A stretch of DNA of 32,000 nt from Oscillospiraceae bacterium (GCA_017991935.1 JAGOPP010000001.1:153992-185991); one strand, 5' to 3'. Positions 22,694 to 31,497 are shown, counted from the first letter of the stretch. Numbers and translations: made by a program. Notes: a model not told the origin generated them from the sequence alone.

Positions 22694-23489
22694 CGCGGCC
22701 GCCCTCCCGCTCCGTCACGAAAGCGGGCAGGTGCGAGATGGCGTGCGCAAACGGCCGGATGTTCGCCACGCCGCAGGAGAGCGGAAAGTATTCAAACATC
22801 GACTCGTCGTTCGGCGAGTCGCCGAAATAGAGGATCTGCCGCTTCGGGTCCTCGGCGCCGAGGACGTCCTTAAAGAACAGCAGCGCCATTTCGCGCTTGC
22901 TGTAATCGCCGAACCACGTGTTGACGTGGATGGAGCTGACCTTGGCCTGTGCGCCGAACGAGCGGCAGATCTCCGCGATCTTCTCCGCGTCCGCGATCGA
23001 GAGCTTCGGCTCGTCCTCGCAATAATCGATCGCGAGATCGTAGATGTGGGAAAACTGGTCCGCGCTCAGCCGCGAGCCGGGGACCTCTTTGAGCACGGCC
23101 TCCGTAACCGCCTTGAGCATCTCGTGGGAGCGTTCGGAGACGTTGGGGTGGCGAAGCTCGCGGAATTTCCCGTCCCGCAGATAAAACGCGAAGGCCCCGT
23201 TTTCGCCGACGACGCCCGCGACCGGCCACTCCCGGACGATCAGGCTGCACCAGCCGGCGGGCCTGCCCGTGACCGGGACGACGCCGAAGCCCGCCTCGTG
23301 GAGAGCCCACATGGCGGAATAGGCCTCGGCGGTCAGTTTGCCGCCGCTCGTGATCGTGTCGTCGATGTCGGTGAGAATAAAGCGGAGGCCGGATAGCTCC
23401 TCCGCCGTGATTTCAGAAAAAGGCCGCAACTCCTCGTCCTCCTTTACACCATTACCGTCAATTTTAACCGCCGCCCCGTCCCCTGTCAA
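22647..23489 (-). CDS. HAD-IIB family hydrolase (Cof/sucrose-phosphatase-like)
   Basis: HAD motif I is FILTDIDDTIT, followed by VTGRP, and motif IV is YFGDSPNDESMF. The start is uncertain: TTG at 23489 (GGGAGG 7 nt upstream) or TTG at 23429 (AAGGAGG 8 nt upstream). The track's longer N-terminus (to 23684) is low-complexity and overlaps the divergent gene. Confidence 0.85.
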   Translation of the reverse strand: MTGDGAAVKIDGNGVKEDEELRPFSEITAEELSGLRFILTDIDDTITSGGKLTAEAYSAMWALHEAGFGVVPVTGRPAGWCSLIVREWPVAGVVGENGAFAFYLRDGKFRELRHPNVSERSHEMLKAVTEAVLKEVPGSRLSADQFSHIYDLAIDYCEDEPKLSIADAEKIAEICRSFGAQAKVSSIHVNTWFGDYSKREMALLFFKDVLGAEDPKRQILYFGDSPNDESMFEYFPLSCGVANIRPFAHAISHLPAFVTEREGGRGFAEAAAVILDRKAR

Positions 23490-23544
23490 GAAAGAACCTC
23501 CCGCCGCATAGGATTTCCCCGGGGCATGATCTGGGGGTGAGGGA

Positions 23545-24282
23545 TTGAAACCGCTTTTCCGAGTCACAAGGCTGCGGACGCTCGCGCTCCACGCGGCGGC
23601 GGCGGCGCTTGTCCTGACGGCGCTGGTCCTGATCGGAAAGAGGGGGTACGCGCTCGCCGCCGGTAAGAGGGACGCCGGGCGCATGGAATCCGCGCAGAAG
23701 ATCGTCTATCTGACCTTTGACGACGGGCCCTCCGAGATCACGGAGGACATCCTCGGGGTGCTCGAGGAGTACAACGTCAAGGCAACCTTTTTTGTGATCG
23801 GGCCGGACGGCGACGAGGCCAACTACCGCCTGCTGCGCATCGCGCTGGAGGGGCACTCCGTCGGCCTGCACAGCTGGTCGCATAAATACGCGGAAATCTA
23901 CTCCTCCTTGGAGGCGTGGAAAACGGATCTCGAAATGGAGCGGATCTGGATCGAATCGGTCACCGGTCAGAGCCCGGACATCATCCGGCTGCCCGGCGGC
24001 ATCGAGAACGTCTCCGCGAATCCCGCGCTGATGAAAGAGATCCTCGCCGAGATCGAGGCAGAGGGCCTGACGCTCTGCGCGTGGAACGTCGACGGCACCG
24101 ACAGCGTCAACCAGTATATCTCCGCCTACGAGATCGTGCGGAAGGTGCTGGCCGGGGCGAGGGGGAAGGACACCGTGGTCGTCCTGCTCCACGATTACGA
24201 CACCCGCACCGCCACGGCGCAGGCGCTCCCCACGCTGATCGAGGCCCTCCGCGGCCGGGGGTACGAGTTCCGCGCGTTCTGA
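23545..24282 (+). CDS. Polysaccharide deacetylase (NodB homology domain), membrane-anchored
   Basis: TTG start after GGGGGTGAGGGA. An N-terminal anchor (LALHAAAAALVLTALVLIG) is followed by the NodB motifs TFDDGP, HSWSH and RLPGG. Confidence 0.88.
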   Translation: MKPLFRVTRLRTLALHAAAAALVLTALVLIGKRGYALAAGKRDAGRMESAQKIVYLTFDDGPSEITEDILGVLEEYNVKATFFVIGPDGDEANYRLLRIALEGHSVGLHSWSHKYAEIYSSLEAWKTDLEMERIWIESVTGQSPDIIRLPGGIENVSANPALMKEILAEIEAEGLTLCAWNVDGTDSVNQYISAYEIVRKVLAGARGKDTVVVLLHDYDTRTATAQALPTLIEALRGRGYEFRAF

Positions 24283-24447
24283 TTCAAAAAAGCGTTTGGG
24301 GCCCGCGTTGCGGATTTTTTCGGACCGCCTTTTCCGCGCAAGGCAAGGCCCGCCGCCTCCGCGTTTTTTTATTTCCGCGAGGGGAGGGCGGTTTTACAAA
24401 AACCGCTTCGCGTCCCCGCGCGGGCCCATGGCCGGTCTTTTGGGCAT

Positions 24448-24474
24448 AAAAAAAGCCCTCCCGACGGGGAGGGC
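24448..24474 (-). terminator. Intrinsic terminator of the rpsF-ssb-rpsR operon
   Basis: 8-bp stem GCCCTCCC/GGGAGGGC with a 4-nt loop, followed by seven T on the minus strand. It begins 18 nt after the rpsR stop. Confidence 0.85.
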
Positions 24475-24491
24475 GAGACGGTTTCGGACAA

Positions 24492-24746
24492 TCAGTCGGA
24501 AACGTAGGGCAGGAAGGCGAGATGACGGGCGCGCTTGATGGCGACGGTCAGCTGTCTCTGGTGGCGGGCGCAGGTCCCGGTAACCCTTCTGGGGATGATC
24601 TTGCCTCTCTCGGAGAGGAATCTCCGCAGGCGCGGGACATCTTTATAATCGATCACACCGATCTTATCGACGCAGAACGCGCAAACCCTCTTCTTAGGGC
24701 GGCGGTTGCGGTTGCCGGGTCTTTCCGGACGTTCGGGTCTATCCAT
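24492..24746 (-). CDS. rpsR: 30S ribosomal protein S18
   Basis: 84 aa, [57 protein letters not shown] is the canonical S18 core. Confidence 0.96.
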   Translation of the reverse strand: MDRPERPERPGNRNRRPKKRVCAFCVDKIGVIDYKDVPRLRRFLSERGKIIPRRVTGTCARHQRQLTVAIKRARHLAFLPYVSD

Positions 24747-24788
24747 GCTAATCCTCCTTATTGAATTCGTTACTCGATGCTCTGCAAA

Positions 24789-25244
24789 TCAGAAGGGGAG
24801 ATCGTCGTCTTCCACCACCGTGAAATCCTCGGCCTCGCCGTTGGAAAACGAGACGGGGGCGGGATCCGCGACCGGCGGGGCGAACTCCGCGTGCATCTCG
24901 GGGCGGCCGGGCATGGAAGCTCCGCCGTCCTTGGTGCCGGGGACGAATTCCGCGTTGTCGGCGACCACTTCGACGGATTTCCGCTTCTGGCCGCTCTTAT
25001 CCTCCCAGTTTCTGGTCTGGAGGGTTCCCTCGACGATGATGGGTTTGCCCTTCTGGAAATATTTGCAGATGAACTCCGCCGTGTTTCTCCAGGCGACGAT
25101 GTCGATCCAATCGGTCTGACGCTCCGAAGCTTTGGTGTACGGGCGGTCGACGGCGATGGTAAAGCTGCAAACGGAAATGCCGGTGCCGGTGGTGCGGAGT
25201 TCGGGATCTGCGGCAAGCCTTCCGAGCAATACGACTCTGTTCAT
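24789..25244 (-). CDS. ssb: Single-stranded DNA-binding protein
   Basis: MNRVVLLGRLAADPELRTT is an OB fold. It is followed by a Gly/Pro-rich linker and the acidic tip DDDLPF. AAGGAGG SD. Confidence 0.96.
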   Translation of the reverse strand: MNRVVLLGRLAADPELRTTGTGISVCSFTIAVDRPYTKASERQTDWIDIVAWRNTAEFICKYFQKGKPIIVEGTLQTRNWEDKSGQKRKSVEVVADNAEFVPGTKDGGASMPGRPEMHAEFAPPVADPAPVSFSNGEAEDFTVVEDDDLPF

Positions 25245-25256
25245 AACGACGCCTCC

Positions 25257-25547
25257 TTAGTCTTTTGCGACAATCAGCGAGCGGATGATGCCGTCGGTGA
25301 TGTTGTAGTTGCGGTCGAGCTCTGCAGGGAATGAGGGGACGCTCGTGAAGTTGATCAGCACGTAATACCCTTCGGTCTCATAGTCGATGGTGTAGGCGAG
25401 CTTGCGTTTGCCCCATTCTTCAACGCCGTCGACGGTCCCGTTTTCGGCGATCAGGTTGGTGAACTTCTCCACAAGACCCGGGATAGCCTCCTCGTTTTTG
25501 CAGCTGAAAACAATAATGGTTTCATAGCTTTGCGTGAGTTTTGCCAT
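25257..25547 (-). CDS. rpsF: 30S ribosomal protein S6
   Basis: ATG at 25547 after AGGAGG (the track ORF extends to 25634, into the promoter). The sequence is MAKLTQSYETIIVFS..EEWGKRKLAYTI..GYYVLINF. Confidence 0.95.
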   Translation of the reverse strand: MAKLTQSYETIIVFSCKNEEAIPGLVEKFTNLIAENGTVDGVEEWGKRKLAYTIDYETEGYYVLINFTSVPSFPAELDRNYNITDGIIRSLIVAKD

Positions 25548-25633
25548 TTGATTTGCACCTCCTTTTGGACTTTGGCCCCGGTGGTCCGGAGCAAGGATGT
25601 GTTTCCGCCCTTCTATAAGCGGATAACGTTCCA

Positions 25634-25662
25634 ATTATAACAAATGTGTCAAACCTTGTCAA
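25634..25662 (-). promoter_or_regulatory. Consensus sigma-A promoter of rpsF-ssb-rpsR (followed by a leader of about 80 nt)
   Basis: The minus strand reads TTGACA (25662-25657), 17 nt spacer, TATAAT (25639-25634), with TGT immediately upstream. The structured leader (25548-25627) could be an S6:S18 autoregulatory element, but I cannot verify that. Confidence 0.8.
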
Positions 25663-25778
25663 TCATTTTCCAGCGCCTTTTTGCCGGAACCATGCCGTTT
25701 TCCCGGAGGGAAAAGTGATGGGGCCGGATTTCGCCCTCCCGTTTTCCCGCGAAGGCGCGCCTCCGGCGAAAAACGGGG

Positions 25779-26786
25779 TCAGACCATGCCGTAGGCGGCC
25801 GCGAATTCCATAAATTTGTTGAGGTTAAACAGTGGCGACGAGATCAGCAGATAAAAGGGCAGGTAGGAGGCGAGCGCAATGAGGATCACGGACAGGACCG
25901 CCGCGGCCATCGAGGTGCCGCCCTTGCGCAGGAGGCCGGCCTCATAGAAGCCGCCGTCCTGATAGACCTCCCGCAGCGAGTGAATCCTGTCGGTGCAGAA
26001 GCGATAATAATAGCGGTCGATAAAGAACAGCAGGCAGGCCTTGACGCCCCAGATGAGGACGCTGCCCACCATCGAGAGCGTGGAGAGCAGCCCGGCGTCC
26101 GGCGCGGCGAAGATGGCCCCGGACAGGGCGCCCGCGTCGATCAGCGCCTGCTGAAAGCTGACGTAGGAGGCGGCGAGCGACGGGACATCCAGCAGCAGCG
26201 TCAGCAAAAAGACCGCGATGCCCAGCCCGTACATCTTCCGGTAAAACAGATACAGATAGCCGAACAGAAAGGCGGCGACGTTGAAGCTGTTGTGCCTGCC
26301 CTCCGAAAAAAGCTTGAAGCGCGGCAGGAAGTACCGCTGGTTTTTCCCGACAAAGGCGGCGTAATCCCGCGCGTGGAGGTCGCCGACCGGCTCCTCCGCC
26401 CCGAAGGTGCGGGTCTCCGAGGAAACGGGCGCCGCGCCGGGCATACCGGCCGTCCCCGCGTAGGCGCCGCCGAAAAACGACGGCCGCCCGGCGAGATCCG
26501 CGCCGCCGAACGTGGTGCCGCAGCTCGGGCAGAAGCGGGCGTCCGCGGCGAGGGGCGCGCCGCAGTTCGGGCAGCGCACGTCGCTTTGGTCGGGGACGGC
26601 GGTCTGCAAAGGCAGCTCCGGTTTCCAGTCGTAAAAACCGTGGCGGCTCTGATGCGCGCAGGCGCCGTGCTCTTTCCAGCAGGCGCGGTGGTGCGGCGTC
26701 CCGCAGTCCGGGCAAACGACCACGTCTTCGCTGGGCTGGAATTCTTTTTTACAGTAAGGGCATTTTGAGCCGAGATAGCGGTCCAT
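25779..26786 (-). CDS. RING-like zinc finger + zinc-ribbon + DUF2628-like multi-pass membrane protein
   Basis: The N-terminus CPYCKKEF-x-VVCPDCGTPHHRACWKEHGACAH is a Cys/His cross-brace-like pattern. A second CPNCGAPLAADARFCPSCG ribbon and a Gly/Ala-rich linker follow. The membrane domain carries FNVAAFLFGYLYLFYRKMYGLG. I prefer the ATG at 26786 (AAAGGAA SD); the track ATG at 26801 lacks an SD. Confidence 0.75.
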   Translation of the reverse strand: MDRYLGSKCPYCKKEFQPSEDVVVCPDCGTPHHRACWKEHGACAHQSRHGFYDWKPELPLQTAVPDQSDVRCPNCGAPLAADARFCPSCGTTFGGADLAGRPSFFGGAYAGTAGMPGAAPVSSETRTFGAEEPVGDLHARDYAAFVGKNQRYFLPRFKLFSEGRHNSFNVAAFLFGYLYLFYRKMYGLGIAVFLLTLLLDVPSLAASYVSFQQALIDAGALSGAIFAAPDAGLLSTLSMVGSVLIWGVKACLLFFIDRYYYRFCTDRIHSLREVYQDGGFYEAGLLRKGGTSMAAAVLSVILIALASYLPFYLLISSPLFNLNKFMEFAAAYGMV

Positions 26787-26827
26787 AGAAATTCCTTTCA
26801 TAAAGGCAGAATTTACATCTACCCCTA

Positions 26828-26856
26828 ATTATATCTGCGCAAAAATTAAAAGGCAA
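26828..26856 (-). promoter_or_regulatory. Sigma-A-type promoter of the RING-like membrane protein gene
   Basis: The minus strand reads TTGCCT (26856-26851), 17 nt spacer, TATAAT (26833-26828). Confidence 0.65.
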
Positions 26857-26883
26857 ACTTTTTTTGAAATGTTAAGAATATCT

Positions 26884-26912
26884 TTGACTATTTTTCACAA
26901 ATCATCTATAAT
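26884..26912 (+). promoter_or_regulatory. Sigma-A-type promoter of prfB
   Basis: TTGACT (26884-26889), 17 nt spacer, TATAAT (26907-26912). A short leader hairpin TGCGCGG/CCGCGCA follows at 26923-26942. Confidence 0.7.
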
Positions 26913-26970
26913 TACATCTATGCTGCGCGGTTTTATCCGCGCAAATCTTTCTCCGGAGGGGTAACTTTTT

Positions 26971-28110
26971 ATGCTGGAACTGGAAGAACTTCGTCTGCGA
27001 CTGCTTTCCCTGAAACCGCAGATCGACGATCTGGCCGATGCCCTCGGCGTCGCGCGAATCAAGGGGGAACTGAGCAAGATCGAAGAACAGTCCGCGGAAA
27101 ACGGCTTCTGGGACGACGTGGAGCGCTCCCAGCAGGTGCTCAAGCGCCAGAGCCGCATGAAGGACACCCTCGAGGATTATCAGCGGCTCGAAAGCGCCTA
27201 CGACGACGCCATGACGCTCGTCGAGGTCGCGATGGAGGGCGACGACCCGGAGTTATATCGGGAGGCGCTCGCCGAGACGGATAAGATGGAGTCCGGCATG
27301 GAGGATCTGCGCCTCTCCACGCTGCTCACCGGCGAATACGATTCCAACAACGCCATCCTGACCTTCCACGCGGGCGCGGGCGGCACCGAGGCGCAGGACT
27401 GGTGCCAGATGCTCTACCGCATGTACACCCGCTGGGCCGAGCGCCACAATTTTAAGTACACCTTGGTCGACTGGCTCGACGGCGAGGAGGCCGGCCTCAA
27501 GAGCGCCACCGTCATGGTCGAGGGCGAAAACGCCTACGGCTTTCTGAAATCGGAAAACGGCGTCCACCGCCTTGTGCGCATCTCGCCGTTCGACGCCTCC
27601 GGCAGGAGGCACACCTCGTTCGCCTCGCTCGAGGTCATGCCGGAGATCTCCGACGACAACTCCATCGAGATCAGTGAAGAGGACATCAAGATGGAGGTCT
27701 ACCGCGCCTCCGGGGCGGGCGGGCAGAAGGTCAACAAGACCTCCTCGGCCGTGCGCCTGATCCATATCCCGACCGGGATCGTCGTCTGCAGCCAGATCGA
27801 GCGCAGCCAGTACCAGAACCGCGCGGTCTGCATGCAGATGCTCAAATCGAAGCTCTTGGAGATCAAAGAGCGCGAGCATCTCGAAAAGATCGAGGACATC
27901 AAGGGCGTCCAGCAGCAGATCGCGTGGGGCAGCCAGATTCGCTCCTATGTGTTTATGCCGTACACGCTCGCGAAAGACCACCGCACCGGCTACGAGATGG
28001 GCAATATCGCCGACGTGATGGACGGCGCGCTCGACGGCTTCATCAACGCCTACCTGAAGCAGATGTCCCGCGGCAAATTCGAGGGCGCCGACGACGGGGA
28101 TCTGGAATAA
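26971..28110 (+). CDS. prfB: Peptide chain release factor 2, single uninterrupted frame
   Basis: 379 aa with the SPF tripeptide (RISPFDASGRRHTSF) and GGQ (YRASGAGGQKVNKT). The N-terminal region is contiguous (..LADALGVARIKGEL..), with no in-frame UGA or CUU-UGA-C shift site. Confidence 0.95.
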   Translation: MLELEELRLRLLSLKPQIDDLADALGVARIKGELSKIEEQSAENGFWDDVERSQQVLKRQSRMKDTLEDYQRLESAYDDAMTLVEVAMEGDDPELYREALAETDKMESGMEDLRLSTLLTGEYDSNNAILTFHAGAGGTEAQDWCQMLYRMYTRWAERHNFKYTLVDWLDGEEAGLKSATVMVEGENAYGFLKSENGVHRLVRISPFDASGRRHTSFASLEVMPEISDDNSIEISEEDIKMEVYRASGAGGQKVNKTSSAVRLIHIPTGIVVCSQIERSQYQNRAVCMQMLKSKLLEIKEREHLEKIEDIKGVQQQIAWGSQIRSYVFMPYTLAKDHRTGYEMGNIADVMDGALDGFINAYLKQMSRGKFEGADDGDLE

Positions 28111-28161
28111 AAATAGGGAAAGCCGCGCCGGAACCCCTCCGGGAGCCGGCCTTACGCACAT

Positions 28162-28200
28162 AAAAAACGGACGGTGGAACTCTCCATCGTCCGTTTTATT
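28162..28200. terminator. Bidirectional terminator between convergent prfB and the GNAT gene
   Basis: A6 run, about 13-bp stem (AACGGACGGTGGA/TCCATCGTCCGTT with one wobble), 4-nt loop, then TTTTATT. Confidence 0.8.
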
Positions 28201-28203
28201 CTA

Positions 28204-28761
28204 TCAATGTCTATGCGCTTTGCTCGGGGCGGTCTCCGGCGCGGGCAGGAGGATCTTCTGGTAGGCGTCGCGCAGCGGGTCGGCCTCGTCCGTGCCCTCA
28301 AGCGTGATCACGCCGCAGAGCTGAAAGCCGGCGTCCTCCATCGTCTTTTTCATCGCGGCGTTCCGGCGGTGCGTGTCGGCGCGGATGTTCTCGATCCCGC
28401 GCTGCGCGCAGAGCTTTTCCGCCATCGTGAGAAAATTCCCGCCAAAGCCGAAGCCGTGCCACTCCGGGTCGATCCCGACCCGGTGAATCACCGCGTATGG
28501 CGCTTCATTGGGCCAATTTCCGTCGATCTTCGCGTAATCCGGCTCCGGGTCGAAGCCGATGCTCGCGAAGCCGATGACCAGATCCTCGTGCGAGAGGACG
28601 AACAGCTTTCCGGCGTCGAGATCGTCGAAGAACACGTCCTCGGAGGGATAGCCGCCGGTCCACTGGGGGATGTCGTTTTTCTCAAAATATTCGGTTTTGA
28701 TCTTGGCGACGATCGGCATAATCGCGTCAATATCCGCTTCTTTGGCGGGACGGATCATCAT
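28204..28761 (-). CDS. GNAT-family N-acetyltransferase
   Basis: 185 aa, AAGGAGG SD. The acetyl-CoA-binding region is HRVGIDPEWHGFGFGGNFL and the C-terminal segment is RNAAMKKTMEDAGF. It starts 18 nt after the upstream gene's stop. Confidence 0.85.
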   Translation of the reverse strand: MMIRPAKEADIDAIMPIVAKIKTEYFEKNDIPQWTGGYPSEDVFFDDLDAGKLFVLSHEDLVIGFASIGFDPEPDYAKIDGNWPNEAPYAVIHRVGIDPEWHGFGFGGNFLTMAEKLCAQRGIENIRADTHRRNAAMKKTMEDAGFQLCGVITLEGTDEADPLRDAYQKILLPAPETAPSKAHRH

Positions 28762-28779
28762 GGGAAAGGCCTCCTTCGA

Positions 28780-29757
28780 TTATTTGAGCTGCCGGATGTC
28801 GCAGCCGTAGAAAAACAGCTTGGCATATTCCCCGAGCAGCCTGCTGGCGGTGCGCTCGCCGTAGAGCCGCATCAGGTCGTTCTCGTCGCAGTTCGTGTTG
28901 ATGATGGTCGGGCGGTGCTCCACGAGCCGCCCGTTGACGAGATTCCCGACGGCGGCGACCGTGAAGGACGTGGAAAATTCCGCGCCGAGGTCGTCGACGA
29001 TCAGCAGGTCGCAGCCGAGCAGATTTTCGAGACAGGGCTCGCCGGAGCCGTCCCGGGAGAAACGCTCCTTTTCGAGCCGGGAGAACATCGTCTGGGCGCT
29101 CTGGTAGACGACGCCGTAACCTCTCGCGATCACGAGCTTGGCGATGGAGAGGGAGAGGTGCGTCTTGCCGAGTCCCGTCTTGCCGCTCATCAGCACGCTG
29201 GGGGAGTCCACGGTGAAGTTTTCCGCGTAATGGACGCAGTTTTCAAACACCCGACACATCTTTGAAAAGGCGAGCACGCCGTCCGGGCCTTTTGTTTTGG
29301 GGTAATATTCAAGGCTGAAATTTTCAAACGAGCAGTCGGCGGAGCCGGAGTTCGCGTCGAGCTCTTTGAGCGCTTCCTCGCGGCAGACCTCTTTGTAGCA
29401 GGAGCAGAGGGAGCCGTCCGGCTTTCTGCCGGTGTCGTCGCAGACCGGGCAGCAGGGGAGGATGTCCGTATAATCGGCGGGGTAGCCGGCGGCCATGAGC
29501 ATCCGGCCGCGCTGGGCGAGCAGGGATTCGCTGTGCTCACGCAGGCTGCCGATGGTCACGCCGAGGTCGGCCCGACCGCCGAGGGCCAGCTTCGTCATCG
29601 AGACCGCCCCGGCGCGGAGCGCGTCGTCGATCTGCCTCACCTCCGGCAGGGCGGCGTAGATCTCCTCTTTCCGCGAGACGGCGAGAAGTCTGGCGGAGCG
29701 CTTCCGTTCCTCCAGAACGGCGGCGGCTTTCAGGTAAACTTCCTGCGAATAGGACAT
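28780..29757 (-). CDS. DnaI/DnaC-type replicative helicase loader (AAA+ ATPase)
   Basis: ATG at 29757 after GGGGTGGGG. A Cys-rich N-terminal zinc module (CCPVCDDTG..CSCY) is followed by Walker A (GKTGLGKTHLS) and Walker B (LLIVDDLG). It is paired with an upstream DnaD-domain gene. Confidence 0.85.
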   Translation of the reverse strand: MSYSQEVYLKAAAVLEERKRSARLLAVSRKEEIYAALPEVRQIDDALRAGAVSMTKLALGGRADLGVTIGSLREHSESLLAQRGRMLMAAGYPADYTDILPCCPVCDDTGRKPDGSLCSCYKEVCREEALKELDANSGSADCSFENFSLEYYPKTKGPDGVLAFSKMCRVFENCVHYAENFTVDSPSVLMSGKTGLGKTHLSLSIAKLVIARGYGVVYQSAQTMFSRLEKERFSRDGSGEPCLENLLGCDLLIVDDLGAEFSTSFTVAAVGNLVNGRLVEHRPTIINTNCDENDLMRLYGERTASRLLGEYAKLFFYGCDIRQLK

Positions 29758-29920
29758 GTTCCCCACCCCTTTTCATCTTTGTCAAAAACAGCGGAAAAAT
29801 ACGGGTTTGCCGAAAAGCGGATGTCCGCGCGCCAGCGCGGGAGACGCCGGGCCGCGGTTTTTTCGCGTCGGCAAGCGAAAAGCCGGTCCCGACGCCCACG
29901 CGAAGAACGCCGGATCGTTT

Positions 29921-30958
29921 TTATAAAACGGGGTCCATCTCCCGGGCGCGCCGGCCGATCTCGACGGGGTCGAAGGAGGGCGTCTTGGCGGGCGGGGGAC
30001 TGTTTTTTTTCTCGGCGGCGGCCTGCTCGGGCGTCGCGATGCCCTTGGATTTCCAGCTGAGCAGGATTTTGTTCATGTATGGGAACGAGAACGTGCCCTT
30101 GGCGTCGACCATGCGCTCGTAGGCGGCGCGGACCAGCTCCGGCGAGAGCCCGAGCATCCGCCATTCCTCGGCGCATTCCTTTTCTTTTGCCGTCAGGCCG
30201 CGGGCGGAGATGCCGAGCACGGCCTTGAGCTCGCCCTCCCAGCTCTTCCGCTCGTTGAGCACGCGGATGCGTTCCTCGGCCTTTTCAATGGTGTCGATGC
30301 CCGCGTCCTGCCACTCCAGCGCCACTCTCTGGATGTAGCGCAGGCCGGCGTGTCCCGCGGTTTTGCAGTATTCCACCACCGTGATGAGCACGTCGGGCGC
30401 GATGCCCGCCCATTCGAGCAGCCAGACCAGCGTCGCCGTGTCGGAGCTCGAAAACGCCTTGCCAAGGCGCGCCTCGGCCTCTTTGAGCACGAAAGCCGCG
30501 TCCGGGTTTTTCTTTACGATGGAGTCCACTTCGCGCATCGTCGGCTTGATCTCCGGCGGCGCGGCGAACGCCTTTTCGGGCGCGGACGGCTCGCCGGGAG
30601 CCTGCACAGCAGGTTCGGTAAGGGCTTGCCCGGCCGGATCCTGCGCGGCGGGGGCCTGTCCCGGCGCCGCGGGATCGGAAAGACCCGCGTTTTGCAAAGA
30701 GGGGGCGGCCTTCCCGCAGGGAGCGCCGTCCTTTTCGAGCACGCCCTTCTCCACCCAGTAATTCAGCGCGTCCGAAACGTCCTCCTCGGACAGATTCAGC
30801 TCGCCGGCGATGGGGGAGAGATCCTCCGCGGAGCTGCCGCGCCGGAAGAAGCACAGCAGCACGCGCAGCTGCGCCGCGCCGCTGAACCGGAGATCCTCCG
30901 CCGCTTTTGCCGGGACGAAAAACGCCCCGCCGGCATGTACGGACAGACGGTACGCCAC
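29921..30958 (-). CDS. DnaD-domain replication initiation/helicase-loading protein (DnaB/DnaD-like)
   Basis: GTG start after AGGGGGA. It has an N-terminal winged-helix-like region, a Pro/Ala/Gln-rich linker and two DnaD-type repeats (..LVWLLEWAGIAPDVLITVVEYC.. and ..FPYMNKILLSWKSKGI..). Confidence 0.8.
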   Translation of the reverse strand: MAYRLSVHAGGAFFVPAKAAEDLRFSGAAQLRVLLCFFRRGSSAEDLSPIAGELNLSEEDVSDALNYWVEKGVLEKDGAPCGKAAPSLQNAGLSDPAAPGQAPAAQDPAGQALTEPAVQAPGEPSAPEKAFAAPPEIKPTMREVDSIVKKNPDAAFVLKEAEARLGKAFSSSDTATLVWLLEWAGIAPDVLITVVEYCKTAGHAGLRYIQRVALEWQDAGIDTIEKAEERIRVLNERKSWEGELKAVLGISARGLTAKEKECAEEWRMLGLSPELVRAAYERMVDAKGTFSFPYMNKILLSWKSKGIATPEQAAAEKKNSPPPAKTPSFDPVEIGRRAREMDPVL

Positions 30959-31213
30959 AGCGGATTCCCCCTTTCAAAATGATAAAATCAATCGGCCGCC
31001 TCCGCAGGCGGGCCGCTAAAATAGCTTTATAACACGCTATCTTATGGTTCTTGCGGCTATTATACCAGAAAACCGGGGGGCGCGCACCCCGTTTTAGACC
31101 ATTTTTGGAAAAAAAGAGATAAAAAAACGGCATCCGCAAATCGGACCGCCGTTCCTCACCGCGCCGCCCGCGCGATTCCGCCGCGAGCATAAAAACGGCC
31201 GGGGAGCCCCGCG

Positions 31214-31254
31214 GAAAAAAAGAAAGAGCCTGAGCGCAGACCGCGCTCAAGCTC
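31214..31254 (-). terminator. Intrinsic terminator after tRNA-Gly
   Basis: The minus strand reads GAGC-t-TGAGCGC / GCGCTCA-g-GCTC (11 bp, one mismatch), 5-nt loop, then TTTCTTTTTTT. Confidence 0.8.
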
Positions 31255-31261
31255 CGTCCGA

Positions 31262-31337
31262 TGGAGCGGGTTACGAGGTTTGAACTCGCTACCTCCACCT
31301 TGGCAAGGTGGCGCTCTGCCAAATGAGCTAAACCCGC
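31262..31337 (-). tRNA. tRNA-Gly (anticodon GCC)
   Basis: The minus strand reads GCGGGTTTAGCTCATTTGGCAGAGCGCCACCTTGCCAAGGTGGAGGTAGCGAGTTCAAACCTCGTAACCCGCTCCA. It folds as a cloverleaf with a 7-bp acceptor stem, an anticodon stem CCACC/GGTGG and loop TTGCCAA, a GTTCAAA T-loop, discriminator U and an encoded CCA. Confidence 0.95.
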
Positions 31338-31349
31338 ACCGCATTTGCA

Positions 31350-31378
31350 ATTATACCCACGGAGGGGAATTTTGTCAA
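31350..31378 (-). promoter_or_regulatory. Consensus sigma-A promoter of tRNA-Gly
   Basis: The minus strand reads TTGACA (31378-31373), 17 nt spacer, TATAAT (31355-31350), 12 nt upstream of the mature tRNA 5' end. Confidence 0.85.
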
Positions 31379-31433
31379 CACCGAAACCGGATTTTTTGTC
31401 GGCGAAGGCTTGCTCTTTTTTCCCGCGGGACAC

Positions 31434-31462
31434 TTGCAATCCGGCGGGCGTAGATGTATAAT
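31434..31462 (+). promoter_or_regulatory. Sigma-A-type promoter of the PHP-domain gene
   Basis: TTGCAA (31434-31439), 17 nt spacer, TATAAT (31457-31462). Confidence 0.7.
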
Positions 31463-31497
31463 GGCAATGGTAAATTCTGTCCGGAGGGGGCGAACGC

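Noticed and set aside
26971-27100. I looked for the programmed +1 frameshift site (short ORF ending CUU UGA C, with an upstream SD-like element) that is common in prfB.
   Set aside because: The RF2 frame is continuous from the ATG at 26971 through the region homologous to the E. coli shift site (..LADALGVARIKGEL..). There is no in-frame stop and no CTTTGAC. This is a non-frameshifted prfB, as occurs in a minority of bacteria.
28204-31378. DnaD-like and DnaC/IstB-like ATPase genes sit next to a tRNA gene. This could be a prophage or ICE remnant at a tRNA att site, with the GNAT as cargo or as a toxin.
   Set aside because: There is no integrase, recombinase, repressor, structural gene or tRNA 3'-end direct repeat. 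Codon and GC bias is indistinguishable from the flanks. The DnaD-type plus DnaI-type pair is the normal chromosomal helicase-loading module of Firmicutes. The GNAT has no adjacent small antitoxin-like ORF.
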